From: Candidatus Eiseniibacteriota bacterium
GTDB lineage: Bacteria > Eisenbacteria > RBG-16-71-46
Length of the DNA: 64,000 nt
Direction of reading: 5' to 3'
Assembly: GCA_963725865.1 (NCBI GenBank)
Contig: CAVSAC010000012.1
Location: 736,001-800,000 of the forward strand
Shown one piece after another: positions 39,111-48,674 of the stretch. Below the pieces are notes generated by a model that did not search any database, had not been told where the DNA came from, and saw nothing but the letters and a program-made list of their open reading frames with translations. The number at the start of each line of letters is the position of its first letter. Position 1 is the first letter of the stretch. Position numbers and translations under genes: made by a program.

Positions 39111-40202
39111 GTGTTCCACGAATGGATCTTCCCGCTCCACACGCTGCCCGGCCTGTCGGCGTTGAACGTCTTCCGCTACATCACGTTCCGCGCCGCGTAC
39201 GCCGCGGTGACCGCGCTCATGCTGTGCTACGTGCTGGGCCCGCACATGATCCTGTGGCTGCGGCGGGTCAAGCTGGGGCAGAAGGTGCGCCGCGAAGGAC
39301 CGCAGACGCACCTCGCGAAGGCCGGCACGCCGACGATGGGCGGACTGCTGATCGTCACGTCGATCGTGGTGCCCACGCTGCTGTGGGGCAACTTCCATTC
39401 GCGCCCGATGTGGCTCGCGCTGCTCGCGACCGTGTGGCTCGGCGCGCTCGGATTCCTGGACGACTGGCTCCGCGTGGTGAAGGGGGCCCCCAAGGGCCTG
39501 CTCGGCCGCTACAAGCTGATCGGTCAGGTCACGATCGGCGCGCTCGTCGGCCTGGTGCTCGTGGTGTGGCCGGAGCCGGGGATGCCCGCGACCGTGACGC
39601 ACGTGCCGTTCCTCAAGTTCCAGTTCATCGACTTCGGATGGCTGTTCGTGCCGTTCGTGATCCTGGTCGTGACCGCCTCCTCGAACGCGGTCAACCTCAC
39701 CGACGGACTCGACGGCCTGGCGTCGGGCCTGGTGGCGATCGCGGCCCTGGCGCTCGCGGGGATGTGCTACCTGAGCGGGCACGCGAAGTTCAGCGCCTAC
39801 CTGAACCTCTCGTTCCTGGTCTACAGCGGCGAGCTGACGGTGTTCTGCGCCGCGGTGCTGGGCGCGGCGCTCGGATTCCTGTGGTTCAACTGCCACCCCG
39901 CCGACGTGTTCATGGGTGACACCGGATCGCTGGCACTCGGCGGCGCGCTCGGCGTGGTGTCGGTGCTCATCAAGCGCGAGTTCTGGCTGGTGCTGATCGG
40001 CGGCGTGTTCGTGGCCGAGACGCTCTCGGTGATGATCCAGGTCGTCTCGTTCAAGCTGCGGGGCCAGCGGGTGTTCCGCATGGCGCCCCTCCACCATCAT
40101 TTCGAGCTCGGGGGCTGGAGCGAGTCGCGCGTGGTGCTGCGGTTCTACATCATCGGCGCGCTGCTCGCCCTGCTCTCGCTCTCGACGCTGAAGCTCCAAT
40201 GA
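39111..40202 (+). CDS. mraY: Phospho-MurNAc-pentapeptide translocase
   Basis: KAGTPTMGG, NAVNLTDGLDGL, FMGDTGS, MAPLHHHFE. Confidence 0.97.
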   Translation: MFHEWIFPLHTLPGLSALNVFRYITFRAAYAAVTALMLCYVLGPHMILWLRRVKLGQKVRREGPQTHLAKAGTPTMGGLLIVTSIVVPTLLWGNFHSRPMWLALLATVWLGALGFLDDWLRVVKGAPKGLLGRYKLIGQVTIGALVGLVLVVWPEPGMPATVTHVPFLKFQFIDFGWLFVPFVILVVTASSNAVNLTDGLDGLASGLVAIAALALAGMCYLSGHAKFSAYLNLSFLVYSGELTVFCAAVLGAALGFLWFNCHPADVFMGDTGSLALGGALGVVSVLIKREFWLVLIGGVFVAETLSVMIQVVSFKLRGQRVFRMAPLHHHFELGGWSESRVVLRFYIIGALLALLSLSTLKLQ

Positions 40203-41584
40203 CGATCGACGCCCGGCATCCGCTTCCCGGCCGCAGCGCCCTGGTGGCGGGCGCGGCGCGCTCCGGCATCGCGGCGGCGCGGCTGCTGCGGCGCCACGGC
40301 GTGGACGTGACCGTGTGCGACCGCCGCACCGCGGCGCAGGCGGGCGACGCCGCGGTCGCGCTCGCCTCGCTCGGCGTCACCACGGTCTGGGGCCGCGACG
40401 ACGCCGGCCTGCTCGACGGGTGCGAGTTCGTGGTGTGGAGCCCCGGCATCCCGATCGACCATCCCCTGGCGCAGGCGGCCCGCGCGGCGCGGATCCCGCT
40501 GGTGTCCGAGCTCGAGCTCGGCTACCTGGCCGCGCACGCGCCGCTCGTGTGCGTGACCGGCACCAACGGCAAGAGCACCACCGCGCACCTGACCGGCGCG
40601 CTGCTGCGGGCGGCCGGGCGCGAGGTCGAGGTGTGCGGGAACATCGGACGCGCGCTGTGCGAGGTGGCCGAGGAGGTGCGTCCTTCGGGCCTGCTGGTCG
40701 TCGAGGTCTCGTCCTTCCAGCTCGAGACCGTCGAGCGCCTGCACCCGTTCATCGCGGCCTGGCTCAACCTGACGCCCGATCACCTCGAGCGCCACGGCAG
40801 CCTGGACGCCTACGGCGCCACCAAGGCGCGCCTGTTCGCGCGCCAGGCCGAGAGCGACTACGCGGTGTGGAACGCCGACGATCCCGAGGTGATGGCGCGG
40901 CGGGCCGGCGCGGCCTCGCCGCTCACGTTCTCGATCCGCGGCGCGGTCGACCCCGGCGCCTACGCGGCCGCGGGCCGGTTCGCGCTGGCTTGGCGCGGGG
41001 GCGTCGAGCCCGTGATCGAGACCCGCGAGCTGAAGCTGCGGGGCGACCACAACCGCGCGAACGTCGCGGCCGCGCTTGCGATCACGCTGCCGCTGGAGAT
41101 CGCGCCCTCGACGCTGCGCGCGGTGCTGCGCGACTATCGTGGGCTCGAGCACCGGCTGGAGACGGCCGGCCTGGTGGACGGCGTGGAGTTCGTGAACGAC
41201 TCCAAGGCCACGAACCTCGATTCGATGACCGTGGCGCTGCAGTCGTTCGACGAGCCGCTGGTGCTGATCGCCGGCGGCCGCGACAAGGGCCAGGATTTCG
41301 CGCCCTCGCGCGCGCTGGTGCAGGCGCGCGCGCGCCACGTGGTGTTGATCGGCGAGGGTGCCGAGCGGATCGCAGCCGCGTGGGCGGGGATCGACCAGAG
41401 CCGTGCGGGCTCGCTCGCGGAGGCGGTGCAGCGGGCCCACGACGAGGCGCTGCGCGCCGGGGCGCGGGTCGTGCTGCTGTCGCCCGCGTGCGCGTCGTAC
41501 GACATGTTCCAGGACTTCGAGGAGCGCGGCCGCCAGTTCAAGGCCGAGGTGGCGAAGCTGCGCGCGAAACGGGAGGCGGTGTGA
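40199..41584 (+). CDS. murD: UDP-MurNAc-L-Ala:D-Glu ligase
   Basis: SPGIP, TGTNGKST, EVSSFQL, DHLERH, NDSKATN, SPACASYDMF. Confidence 0.96.
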   Translation: MTIDARHPLPGRSALVAGAARSGIAAARLLRRHGVDVTVCDRRTAAQAGDAAVALASLGVTTVWGRDDAGLLDGCEFVVWSPGIPIDHPLAQAARAARIPLVSELELGYLAAHAPLVCVTGTNGKSTTAHLTGALLRAAGREVEVCGNIGRALCEVAEEVRPSGLLVVEVSSFQLETVERLHPFIAAWLNLTPDHLERHGSLDAYGATKARLFARQAESDYAVWNADDPEVMARRAGAASPLTFSIRGAVDPGAYAAAGRFALAWRGGVEPVIETRELKLRGDHNRANVAAALAITLPLEIAPSTLRAVLRDYRGLEHRLETAGLVDGVEFVNDSKATNLDSMTVALQSFDEPLVLIAGGRDKGQDFAPSRALVQARARHVVLIGEGAERIAAAWAGIDQSRAGSLAEAVQRAHDEALRAGARVVLLSPACASYDMFQDFEERGRQFKAEVAKLRAKREAV

Positions 41585-42717
41585 GCCGCGGGGATCGCTG
41601 GTTGCTGGTGCTGCCGCTGGTGCTCACCGCGCTGGGCGTGGTGATGGTGTACTCCTCGAGCGCGATCCTCGGGATCACGCGCTTCCAGAACCCCGACTAC
41701 TTCTTCACGCGCCAGCTGTTCCGCGCCGTGCTCGGCGTGGCGGTGCTGCTCGCGTGCGCGAAGGCCGACCTGAAGCGCCTCGAGGCGTGGGCGCCGGCGC
41801 TGTTCGGCGTCGCCGTGTCGCTGCTGGTCGTGGTGGTGCTGGTCGGACACGTGGCCAAGGGCGCGCAGCGCTGGCTGCGCTTAGGCTTCCTCACCCTGCA
41901 GCCGACCGACCTCGCCCGACTCGCCGCGGTGCTGTTCCTGGCGTGGTGGCTCAAGCGCCGCTCGCCCGCCGAGCTCGGGTTCCGGCGCGGACTGTTGCCC
42001 TCGCTCGGCATCCTCGGCGGGCTGTGCGTGCTGATCCTGCTGCAGCCGAACCTCTCGAGCGCCGGGCTGCTCGGCATGGCGGGGTTCGGCATGATCTTCC
42101 TGGCCGGCGCCCCGCTGCTGCACCTCGCGGTGCCGGTCGGCGCCGGCGTCCTCGGGGTGGCGGTCGCGCTGCTGACCCACCCGTATATGATGAAGCGCTT
42201 CGAGACGTTCGTCGGATTCGTGTTCACCGGCGCGCTCGACTCGCGCGGCGCGGGCTGGCAGCTCGACCAGTCCCTGATCGCCATCGGGTCGGGGGGCTGG
42301 TTCGGCCGCGGCCTCGGGGGCGGGCTGCAGAAGTACCTGTTCCTGCCCGAGGCGCACACCGACTTCATCTTTTCCATCCTGGCCGAGGAGCTCGGATTCC
42401 TGGGCGCCACCGCGCTGCTGGTGGCGCTGGGGCTGCTGGTGTGGCGCGGCATGCGCTCCACCGCGCGGGCCCACGAGCCCTTCGCCTTCCTGCTCGCAGG
42501 AGGACTGACCTTGCAGATCGGCCTTTATGCGATCGTGAACCTGGCCGTGGCCACCGGGCTCGCGCCCACCACCGGCCTGCCATTGCCGTTCGTGTCGTAC
42601 GGAGGATCGGCGCTGCTCGCCAACCTGGCAGCCGCCGGCCTGCTCTACCGCGTGAGCACGTCGAACGCCGCGACCGAGGCGCTCGCCCGCCAGCGCTGGA
42701 CGCGGGAGGCCGCGTGA
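41581..42717 (+). CDS. ftsW: SEDS peptidoglycan polymerase FtsW
   Basis: VMVYSSS, GAQRWL, LPEAHTDFIFSILAEELG, GLPLPFVSYGGS. Confidence 0.95.
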   Translation: MSRGDRWLLVLPLVLTALGVVMVYSSSAILGITRFQNPDYFFTRQLFRAVLGVAVLLACAKADLKRLEAWAPALFGVAVSLLVVVVLVGHVAKGAQRWLRLGFLTLQPTDLARLAAVLFLAWWLKRRSPAELGFRRGLLPSLGILGGLCVLILLQPNLSSAGLLGMAGFGMIFLAGAPLLHLAVPVGAGVLGVAVALLTHPYMMKRFETFVGFVFTGALDSRGAGWQLDQSLIAIGSGGWFGRGLGGGLQKYLFLPEAHTDFIFSILAEELGFLGATALLVALGLLVWRGMRSTARAHEPFAFLLAGGLTLQIGLYAIVNLAVATGLAPTTGLPLPFVSYGGSALLANLAAAGLLYRVSTSNAATEALARQRWTREAA

Positions 42718-43850
42718 AGGTCCTGATCGCGGGCGGCGGCACGGGCGGGCACGTCTATCCCGGCGTGGCGGTGGCGGAGCAGCTCCAGCGCACCCGGCCG
42801 GACGACGAGGCGCTGTTCGTCGGCACCCGGCGCGGGCTGGAGTCGCAGGCCGTGCCCGAGGCCGGGTTCCGGATCCGCTACATCTGGACGCGCGGCTTCC
42901 CGCGCCGCGCCTGGTGGCGGTGGCCCGCCGCGCTGTTCGCCAACGCGGTGGGCCTCCTGCAGGCGGTGTGGGTGGTGGCGACCGAGCGGCCCGACGTGGT
43001 GCTGGGGACCGGCGGCTACGTGAGCGGTCCGCTGGCGCTGGCGGCGTGGCTGCTGCGCCGCCCGCTGCTGCTCCAGGAGCAGAACAGCGTGCCGGGGCTC
43101 GCGAATCGCTGGTTGGCCCGCATCGCGGACGAGGTGCACCTGTCGTTCGTGGAGGCGCGGTCGTATTTCGACCGCAAGGACAACCTGAAGGTCAGCGGCA
43201 ACCCGATCCGCGACCACATCCTGAGCGGCGATCGTACGAGCGCGCTCCAGGAGTTCGGCCTGGTGGCGGGCAAACCGACCGTGTTCATCTTCGGAGGCAG
43301 CCGCGGCGCGCACCGGATCAACGAGGCCGCGCTCGACGCGCTGCGCCGGCTGCAGGGCCGTGTCGACGTGCAGTTCATCCTCCAGACCGGACGCGAGGAC
43401 TTCGACTGGGCCAAGGGCATCGTGGAAGCGGAGGGGCTGCCGGCGAAGGTGCTGCCGTACCTGCGCCGCATCCACCAGGCCTACGCCGCGGCCGACCTGG
43501 TGGTGTGCCGCTCCGGCGCCATGACGCTGGCGGAGATCGCCGCCTGCGGCGTGCCGTCGATCCTGGTGCCGTACCCGCACGCCGCTCACGACCACCAGGC
43601 CGTGAACGCCGCGAACCTGGTGGACCGCGGCGCCGCCTCGATGATCGTCGACCGCGAGCTGACCGGCGAGCGGCTCGCGAAGGAGATCGCGCACTTCCTC
43701 AGCGACCGCCAGGCGCTGTCGCGGATGTCGGCGAACGCGCGCACGTTCGCGCGCCCCGACGCCGCCGAGCGCATCGTGAAGAGCCTGGTGCGGTGGTCGG
43801 CCGGCCGCGCGGCGGCGCGTGCGAACGACGCGGCGGGAGGGGGGCGCTGA
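42714..43850 (+). CDS. murG: Lipid II GlcNAc transferase
   Basis: GGGTGGHVYP, GTGGYVS, EQNSVPG, GGSRGA, RSGAMT.AE, HQ..NA. Confidence 0.97.
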   Translation: MKVLIAGGGTGGHVYPGVAVAEQLQRTRPDDEALFVGTRRGLESQAVPEAGFRIRYIWTRGFPRRAWWRWPAALFANAVGLLQAVWVVATERPDVVLGTGGYVSGPLALAAWLLRRPLLLQEQNSVPGLANRWLARIADEVHLSFVEARSYFDRKDNLKVSGNPIRDHILSGDRTSALQEFGLVAGKPTVFIFGGSRGAHRINEAALDALRRLQGRVDVQFILQTGREDFDWAKGIVEAEGLPAKVLPYLRRIHQAYAAADLVVCRSGAMTLAEIAACGVPSILVPYPHAAHDHQAVNAANLVDRGAASMIVDRELTGERLAKEIAHFLSDRQALSRMSANARTFARPDAAERIVKSLVRWSAGRAAARANDAAGGGR

Positions 43851-45229
43851 TGTACGGACGCACCCATCGCATCCACTTCATCGGCATCGGCGGCTCCGGC
43901 ATGTCGGGCATCGCCGAGGTGCTGCTCAACATGGGCTACCAGGTCTCGGGCAGCGACCTCAAGGCGAGCGAGGCCACCGACCGGCTGGTGCGGCGCGGCG
44001 GCCGCGTGTGCATCGGGCACGCGGCGTCCAACATCGAGGGCGCGCAGGTCGTGGTGTTCTCGACCGCGGTGAAGCCCGACAATCCCGAGCTGAGCGCGGC
44101 GCGCGCCGCCGGCCTGCCGGTGATCGCCCGCGCCGAGATGCTCGCCGAGTTGATGCGCATGAAGTACGGCGTGGCGGTCGGGGGCTCGCACGGCAAGACC
44201 ACGACCACCTCGATGGTGGCGGCGGTGCTGGGGCGCGGCGGGCTCGATCCGACCATCGTGGTGGGCGGACGGCTGCACGCGCTGGGCACCAACGCGCGGC
44301 TCGGCCACGGGCAGTTCCTGGTCGCCGAGGCCGACGAGAGCGACGGGTCGTTCCTGCGGCTCTCGCCCGCGGTCACGGTGATCACCAACATCGACCGCGA
44401 GCACCTCGACCACTACCCCGACCTCGAGGCGATCCGCCAGGCGTTCGTCTACTTCGCGAACCGGGTCCCGTTCTACGGGGTCACCGTGCTGTGCGCCGAC
44501 GACGAACAGGTGCGCGCGATCCTCCCGAACGTCACGAAGCGCGTCACCCTGTACGGCACGCTGCCGATGTGCGATGTCCGCGCCAGCGACGTGGAGCTGC
44601 AGCCCCACGGCGCGCGCTTCACCGTGCACGCCCAGGGCGGCGCGCTCGGCAGCGTGGAGCTGGCGCTGCCCGGCCGCCACAACGTGCTCAACGCGCTGGC
44701 CGCGGTCGCGGTCGGGCTCGAGGTCGAGATCGGCTTCGGTCACATCGCCGAGGCGCTCGCCAGCTTCCGCGGCGTGGGGCGCCGCTTCGAGACCCGCGGC
44801 ACGGCGGGCGACGTGCGGGTGGTCGACGACTACGGTCACCATCCGACCGAGATCCGCGCCACGCTGGCGGCGGCGAAGGGGCTCGGCGGGCGCGTGCTGG
44901 TGCTGTTCCAGCCCCATCGCTACACGCGCACCGCGGCGCTCGCGGAGGAATTCGGCGGCGCCTTCACCGACGCCGACCAGGTGTGGGTGCTCGACGTCTA
45001 CGCGGCGGGCGAGGCCCCGATCGCCGGCGTGAGCGCCGGCACGATCGTCGAGCGCGCCCACGCGCTGGGTGCGGGCCACGTGGCGTACGCGCCCGACGGC
45101 TCGGCGGCGGCGGCGGCGGCGGCGCAGGTGGCGCGGCCCGGCGACGTGGTGATCACGCTCGGCGCGGGCGACGTCTGGCGGCTGGGCGACGAGGTGCTCG
45201 CGCACCTGAAGAGCGGGAGGCATGTGTGA
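43850..45229 (+). CDS. murC: UDP-MurNAc:L-Ala ligase
   Basis: IGIGGSGMSG, GSHGKTTTT, EADESDGSF, DDYGHHPTE, FQPHRYTRT. Confidence 0.97.
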   Translation: MYGRTHRIHFIGIGGSGMSGIAEVLLNMGYQVSGSDLKASEATDRLVRRGGRVCIGHAASNIEGAQVVVFSTAVKPDNPELSAARAAGLPVIARAEMLAELMRMKYGVAVGGSHGKTTTTSMVAAVLGRGGLDPTIVVGGRLHALGTNARLGHGQFLVAEADESDGSFLRLSPAVTVITNIDREHLDHYPDLEAIRQAFVYFANRVPFYGVTVLCADDEQVRAILPNVTKRVTLYGTLPMCDVRASDVELQPHGARFTVHAQGGALGSVELALPGRHNVLNALAAVAVGLEVEIGFGHIAEALASFRGVGRRFETRGTAGDVRVVDDYGHHPTEIRATLAAAKGLGGRVLVLFQPHRYTRTAALAEEFGGAFTDADQVWVLDVYAAGEAPIAGVSAGTIVERAHALGAGHVAYAPDGSAAAAAAAQVARPGDVVITLGAGDVWRLGDEVLAHLKSGRHV

Positions 45230-46059
45230 CGTCCTACCAGGGGCGTGCGCTGCGCACCGAGGCGCCGCGTCCGCGCCGCGGCCGGCGGCTGCGCCGGGTG
45301 CTGGCGATGACCGGGCTGATCGCGCTGGTCACGCTGCTCTCGCAGGTGCCGTGGGGAGAGCTGCGCGCCCACCACGCGGTCGTGCACGGCATCCGCGTGG
45401 CCGGGACGCACTACCTCGACGCCGCCCGCGTCGCCTCGATCGCGGGCCTGTCCGAAGGGCAGGACCTGTTGCGGCTGGACCTCGTGCGCGCGCGCCAGCG
45501 CCTGCTGCTCCATCCCCGCATCGCGCGCGCCGAGATACGCCGGCGCTTCCCGCGCGGGCTCGACATCCGCATCGAGGAGCGCGTTCCGGTGCTGCTGGTG
45601 CGCCACGGAGTGCCGTGGGAGATGGACTCGTGCGGCGTGCTGCTGGAGCCGCTGGCGGACGGCGTGACCGCGGACGTGCCGCTGCTCAACGGGCCCGACG
45701 TGACGCGGCTGCGCGCGGGCGCCCAGGTGGGCGGCCCCGCGATCGCGCGCGCGCTGGCGTGGATCCGGGCGCTCGACGGGCGCGAGCTGCAATTGTCCGG
45801 ACAGGTGTCCGAGGTGGACGTGCGCGACGCCCGCGCCACCAGCCTGCTGCTCATGGACGGCACCCGGGTGCTGGCGCCCGCGTGGCCGCCCGATCCGCGG
45901 CCACTGTCCGCGCTGCGGGTGGTGCTGGCGGACCTCCACCAGCGTGGCGTCGCCGCCCGCGAGGTGGACGTGCGGTACGACAACCAGGTGATCGTGAGAC
46001 CCGCGATGGTCGCGGATGATCCATCGGCCGGCGCCCCGCGCCGCAGCCAGGCGGGGTAA
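45226..46059 (+). CDS. ftsQ: Cell division protein FtsQ/DivIB
   Basis: TM plus POTRA (IRVAGTHYL..HPRIARAEIRRRFP..IRIEERVP) and C-terminal VDVRYDNQVIV; upstream of ftsA. Confidence 0.88.
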   Translation: MTSYQGRALRTEAPRPRRGRRLRRVLAMTGLIALVTLLSQVPWGELRAHHAVVHGIRVAGTHYLDAARVASIAGLSEGQDLLRLDLVRARQRLLLHPRIARAEIRRRFPRGLDIRIEERVPVLLVRHGVPWEMDSCGVLLEPLADGVTADVPLLNGPDVTRLRAGAQVGGPAIARALAWIRALDGRELQLSGQVSEVDVRDARATSLLLMDGTRVLAPAWPPDPRPLSALRVVLADLHQRGVAAREVDVRYDNQVIVRPAMVADDPSAGAPRRSQAG

Positions 46060-46084
46060 AGCCCCCGGGGAGGTGACGGACATC

Positions 46085-47320
46085 ATGGGACAGGCGATCC
46101 GAACATACGTGGGTCTCGACATCGGGACGACCAAGATCTCGTGCATCATCGCCGACATGAACGGCTCTCCGGAGCCGCGCGTGGTCGGTGTGGGCAACGC
46201 GCCCAGCGAGGGGCTGCGCCGCGGCGTGGTGGTCGATCTCGAGAAGACCGTGGCCAGCATCCAGCGGGCGGTGGACGAGGCCGAGCGCATGGCCGGCGTG
46301 CAGGTGAAGGGTGTCTACGCGGGCATCGCGGGCGACCACATCCGCAGCATCAACAGCCGCGGCGTGATCGCGGTCTCGCGCAAGGACAACGAGATCGGCC
46401 CCCCCGACGTGGACCGCGTGGTCGAGGCCGCCAAGGCGATCGCGATCCCCATGGACCGCGAGATCATCCACGTCATCCCGCAGGAGTTCATCGTCGACGA
46501 TCAGTACGGCATCAAGGACCCGGTCGGCATGAGCGGGGTGCGACTGGAGGCCGAGGTCCATATCATCACCGGGGCGGTGACGTCGGCGAAGAACATCTGC
46601 CGGTCGATCCAGCGCGCCGGACTCAAGGTCAACGACCTGGTGCTGGAGCCGCTGGCCTCGAGCCACGCGGTGCTGGGCGCCGACGAGCGCGATCTCGGGG
46701 TCGTGCTGCTGGACATCGGCGGCGGCACGACGGACGTCGCGGTGTTCTTCGAGGGCTCGATCCGCCACACCGCCATCGTCCCGCTGGGCGGGGCGAACGT
46801 CACCAACGACATCGCGATCGGCCTGCGCACGCCGATCGACAAGGCCGAGCAGATCAAGCTGCAACACGGCTGCGCGCTGGCGGCGCTGGTGCCGGCCGAG
46901 CAGACGGTCACGGTGCCCGGCGTGGGCGGCCGCGCGGACCGCGAGATCTCGCGCCACGTGCTGGCGTCGATGATCGAGCCGCGGATGGAGGAGATCTTCG
47001 CGCTGGCCAACAAGGAGGTGAAGAAGAACCACTTCGCGGAGCTGCTGGGCGGTGGTGTGGTGCTGACCGGCGGGACGTCGCTGATGCCCGGGATCGTCGA
47101 GCTCGCGGAGCAGGTGTTCGAGATGCCGGTGCGCCTCGGCGTGCCGCAGGGGCTGGGCGGGCTGTCGGCGAACGTCGCCGACCCGCGGTACGCGACCGGC
47201 GTGGGGCTGGTGCTCCACGCGGCGCAGAACGAGGAGAGCATCACCGGCCGCGCCAGCGACCGCCCGCGCGCGATCCGCGCGAGCTTCGACATCCGGCGCT
47301 GGTTCAGCGAGTTGTTCTAG
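46085..47320 (+). CDS. ftsA: Cell division protein FtsA
   Basis: GLDIGTTKI, DIGGGTTD, VLTGGTS, YATGVGL; C-terminal amphipathic IRRWFSELF. Confidence 0.97.
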   Translation: MGQAIRTYVGLDIGTTKISCIIADMNGSPEPRVVGVGNAPSEGLRRGVVVDLEKTVASIQRAVDEAERMAGVQVKGVYAGIAGDHIRSINSRGVIAVSRKDNEIGPPDVDRVVEAAKAIAIPMDREIIHVIPQEFIVDDQYGIKDPVGMSGVRLEAEVHIITGAVTSAKNICRSIQRAGLKVNDLVLEPLASSHAVLGADERDLGVVLLDIGGGTTDVAVFFEGSIRHTAIVPLGGANVTNDIAIGLRTPIDKAEQIKLQHGCALAALVPAEQTVTVPGVGGRADREISRHVLASMIEPRMEEIFALANKEVKKNHFAELLGGGVVLTGGTSLMPGIVELAEQVFEMPVRLGVPQGLGGLSANVADPRYATGVGLVLHAAQNEESITGRASDRPRAIRASFDIRRWFSELF

Positions 47321-47401
47321 TCGTCGTCGCACCCTGGAAGCGGTCCGCCGGCGGATCCCCCGCCGGGACGCCCCGGGGAACGGCACAGGGAGAGGTGCCA
47401 C

Positions 47402-48547
47402 ATGTTCGAGCTGGAGATCGATAGCCAGTCCACGGCCAAGCTCAAGGTCATCGGGGTGGGCGGTGCGGGCGGGAACGCCGTGAACCGCATGATCGGTGCG
47501 GGGCTGCGCGGCGTGGAGTTCATCACCGCCAACACCGACGCTCAGGCGCTGCAGCAGTCGCTGGCGCCGCACCGGCTGCAGATCGGCAGCTGCGCGACGC
47601 GCGGCCTCGGTGCCGGCGGCGATCCCTCGCAGGGTCGGCGCGCGGCGGAGGAGGACGAGCAGGCGATCGCCGACACGCTGACCGACAGCGACATGGTGTT
47701 CATCACCGCGGGCATGGGCGGCGGCACCGGCACCGGCGCGGCGCCCGTGGTGGCGCGGCTGGCACGCCAGACCGGCGCGCTGACGGTGGCGGTGGTCACG
47801 CGGCCGTTCACGTTCGAGGGCCGGCGGCGACTGCGTCAGGCCGAGGAGGGCATCGCGGAGCTGCGCGCCGAGGTCGACACGCTGATCGTGATCCCCAACG
47901 AGCGCCTGCTCGCGGTGGTCGACCGCGGCACGTCGCTCTCCGACGCGTTCGGAGTCGCGGACGAGGTGCTGCTGAAGGCCACCAAGGGCGTCTCGGATCT
48001 GGTGACCGTGCCGGGGCTCGTCAACCTCGACTTCGCCGACGTCAAGGCGGTGATGTCGAACCGCGGCAACGCGCTGATGGGCACCGGTCGCGCGTCGGGC
48101 CCCAACCGCGCCACGGAGGCCGCGCAGGCCGCGGTCTCGAGCCCGCTGCTGGAGGACGTCTCGATCGCGGGCGCCGAGGGCGTGCTGGTGAACATCACGG
48201 GCGGCCGCGACATGACGCTGCACGAGGTGAACGAGGCCGCCAGCGTGGTGGTGCAGGCCGCCGGCGAGGAGGCGAACGTGATCTTCGGCTCCGTCATCGA
48301 CCCCAACATGGACGGCGAGCTGCAGATCACCGTGGTCGCGACCGGCTTCGGCCACACCGAGCCGCGCGTGCGCTCGCTCGACAAGTCGCGCGCCACCACC
48401 GCGCCGGCCGCCGAGGGCGAGAGCGAGGAGCTGTCGCACCCGAAGCCGTGGCGCGAGCCGCACGTGCGGCCGAATCGCTGGGGCCGCGGCGCGGAGCGCG
48501 GAGGATCGCTCGACGTCCCGACGTTCCTGCGCAAGCAGATGGACTGA
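47402..48547 (+). CDS. ftsZ: Cell division protein FtsZ
   Basis: [27 protein letters not shown]-terminal [12 protein letters not shown]. Confidence 0.98.
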   Translation: MFELEIDSQSTAKLKVIGVGGAGGNAVNRMIGAGLRGVEFITANTDAQALQQSLAPHRLQIGSCATRGLGAGGDPSQGRRAAEEDEQAIADTLTDSDMVFITAGMGGGTGTGAAPVVARLARQTGALTVAVVTRPFTFEGRRRLRQAEEGIAELRAEVDTLIVIPNERLLAVVDRGTSLSDAFGVADEVLLKATKGVSDLVTVPGLVNLDFADVKAVMSNRGNALMGTGRASGPNRATEAAQAAVSSPLLEDVSIAGAEGVLVNITGGRDMTLHEVNEAASVVVQAAGEEANVIFGSVIDPNMDGELQITVVATGFGHTEPRVRSLDKSRATTAPAAEGESEELSHPKPWREPHVRPNRWGRGAERGGSLDVPTFLRKQMD

Positions 48548-48674
48548 GCGGGGCCGGGCGCCGAGTGCGGAGGAGGTCGTAGGCGGGTGGTGAGCCCGCG
48601 CGCGTGCCCACTCTCCCGGGTGCCGCGCGGGCCCACCCGCATCGTAGGAAGGGAGCGAAGGGAGGGGAGCGGTC

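Noticed and set aside
45104..45124. (GCG)n run in murC
   Set aside because: In-frame trinucleotide poly-Ala tract; it cannot cause phase variation.
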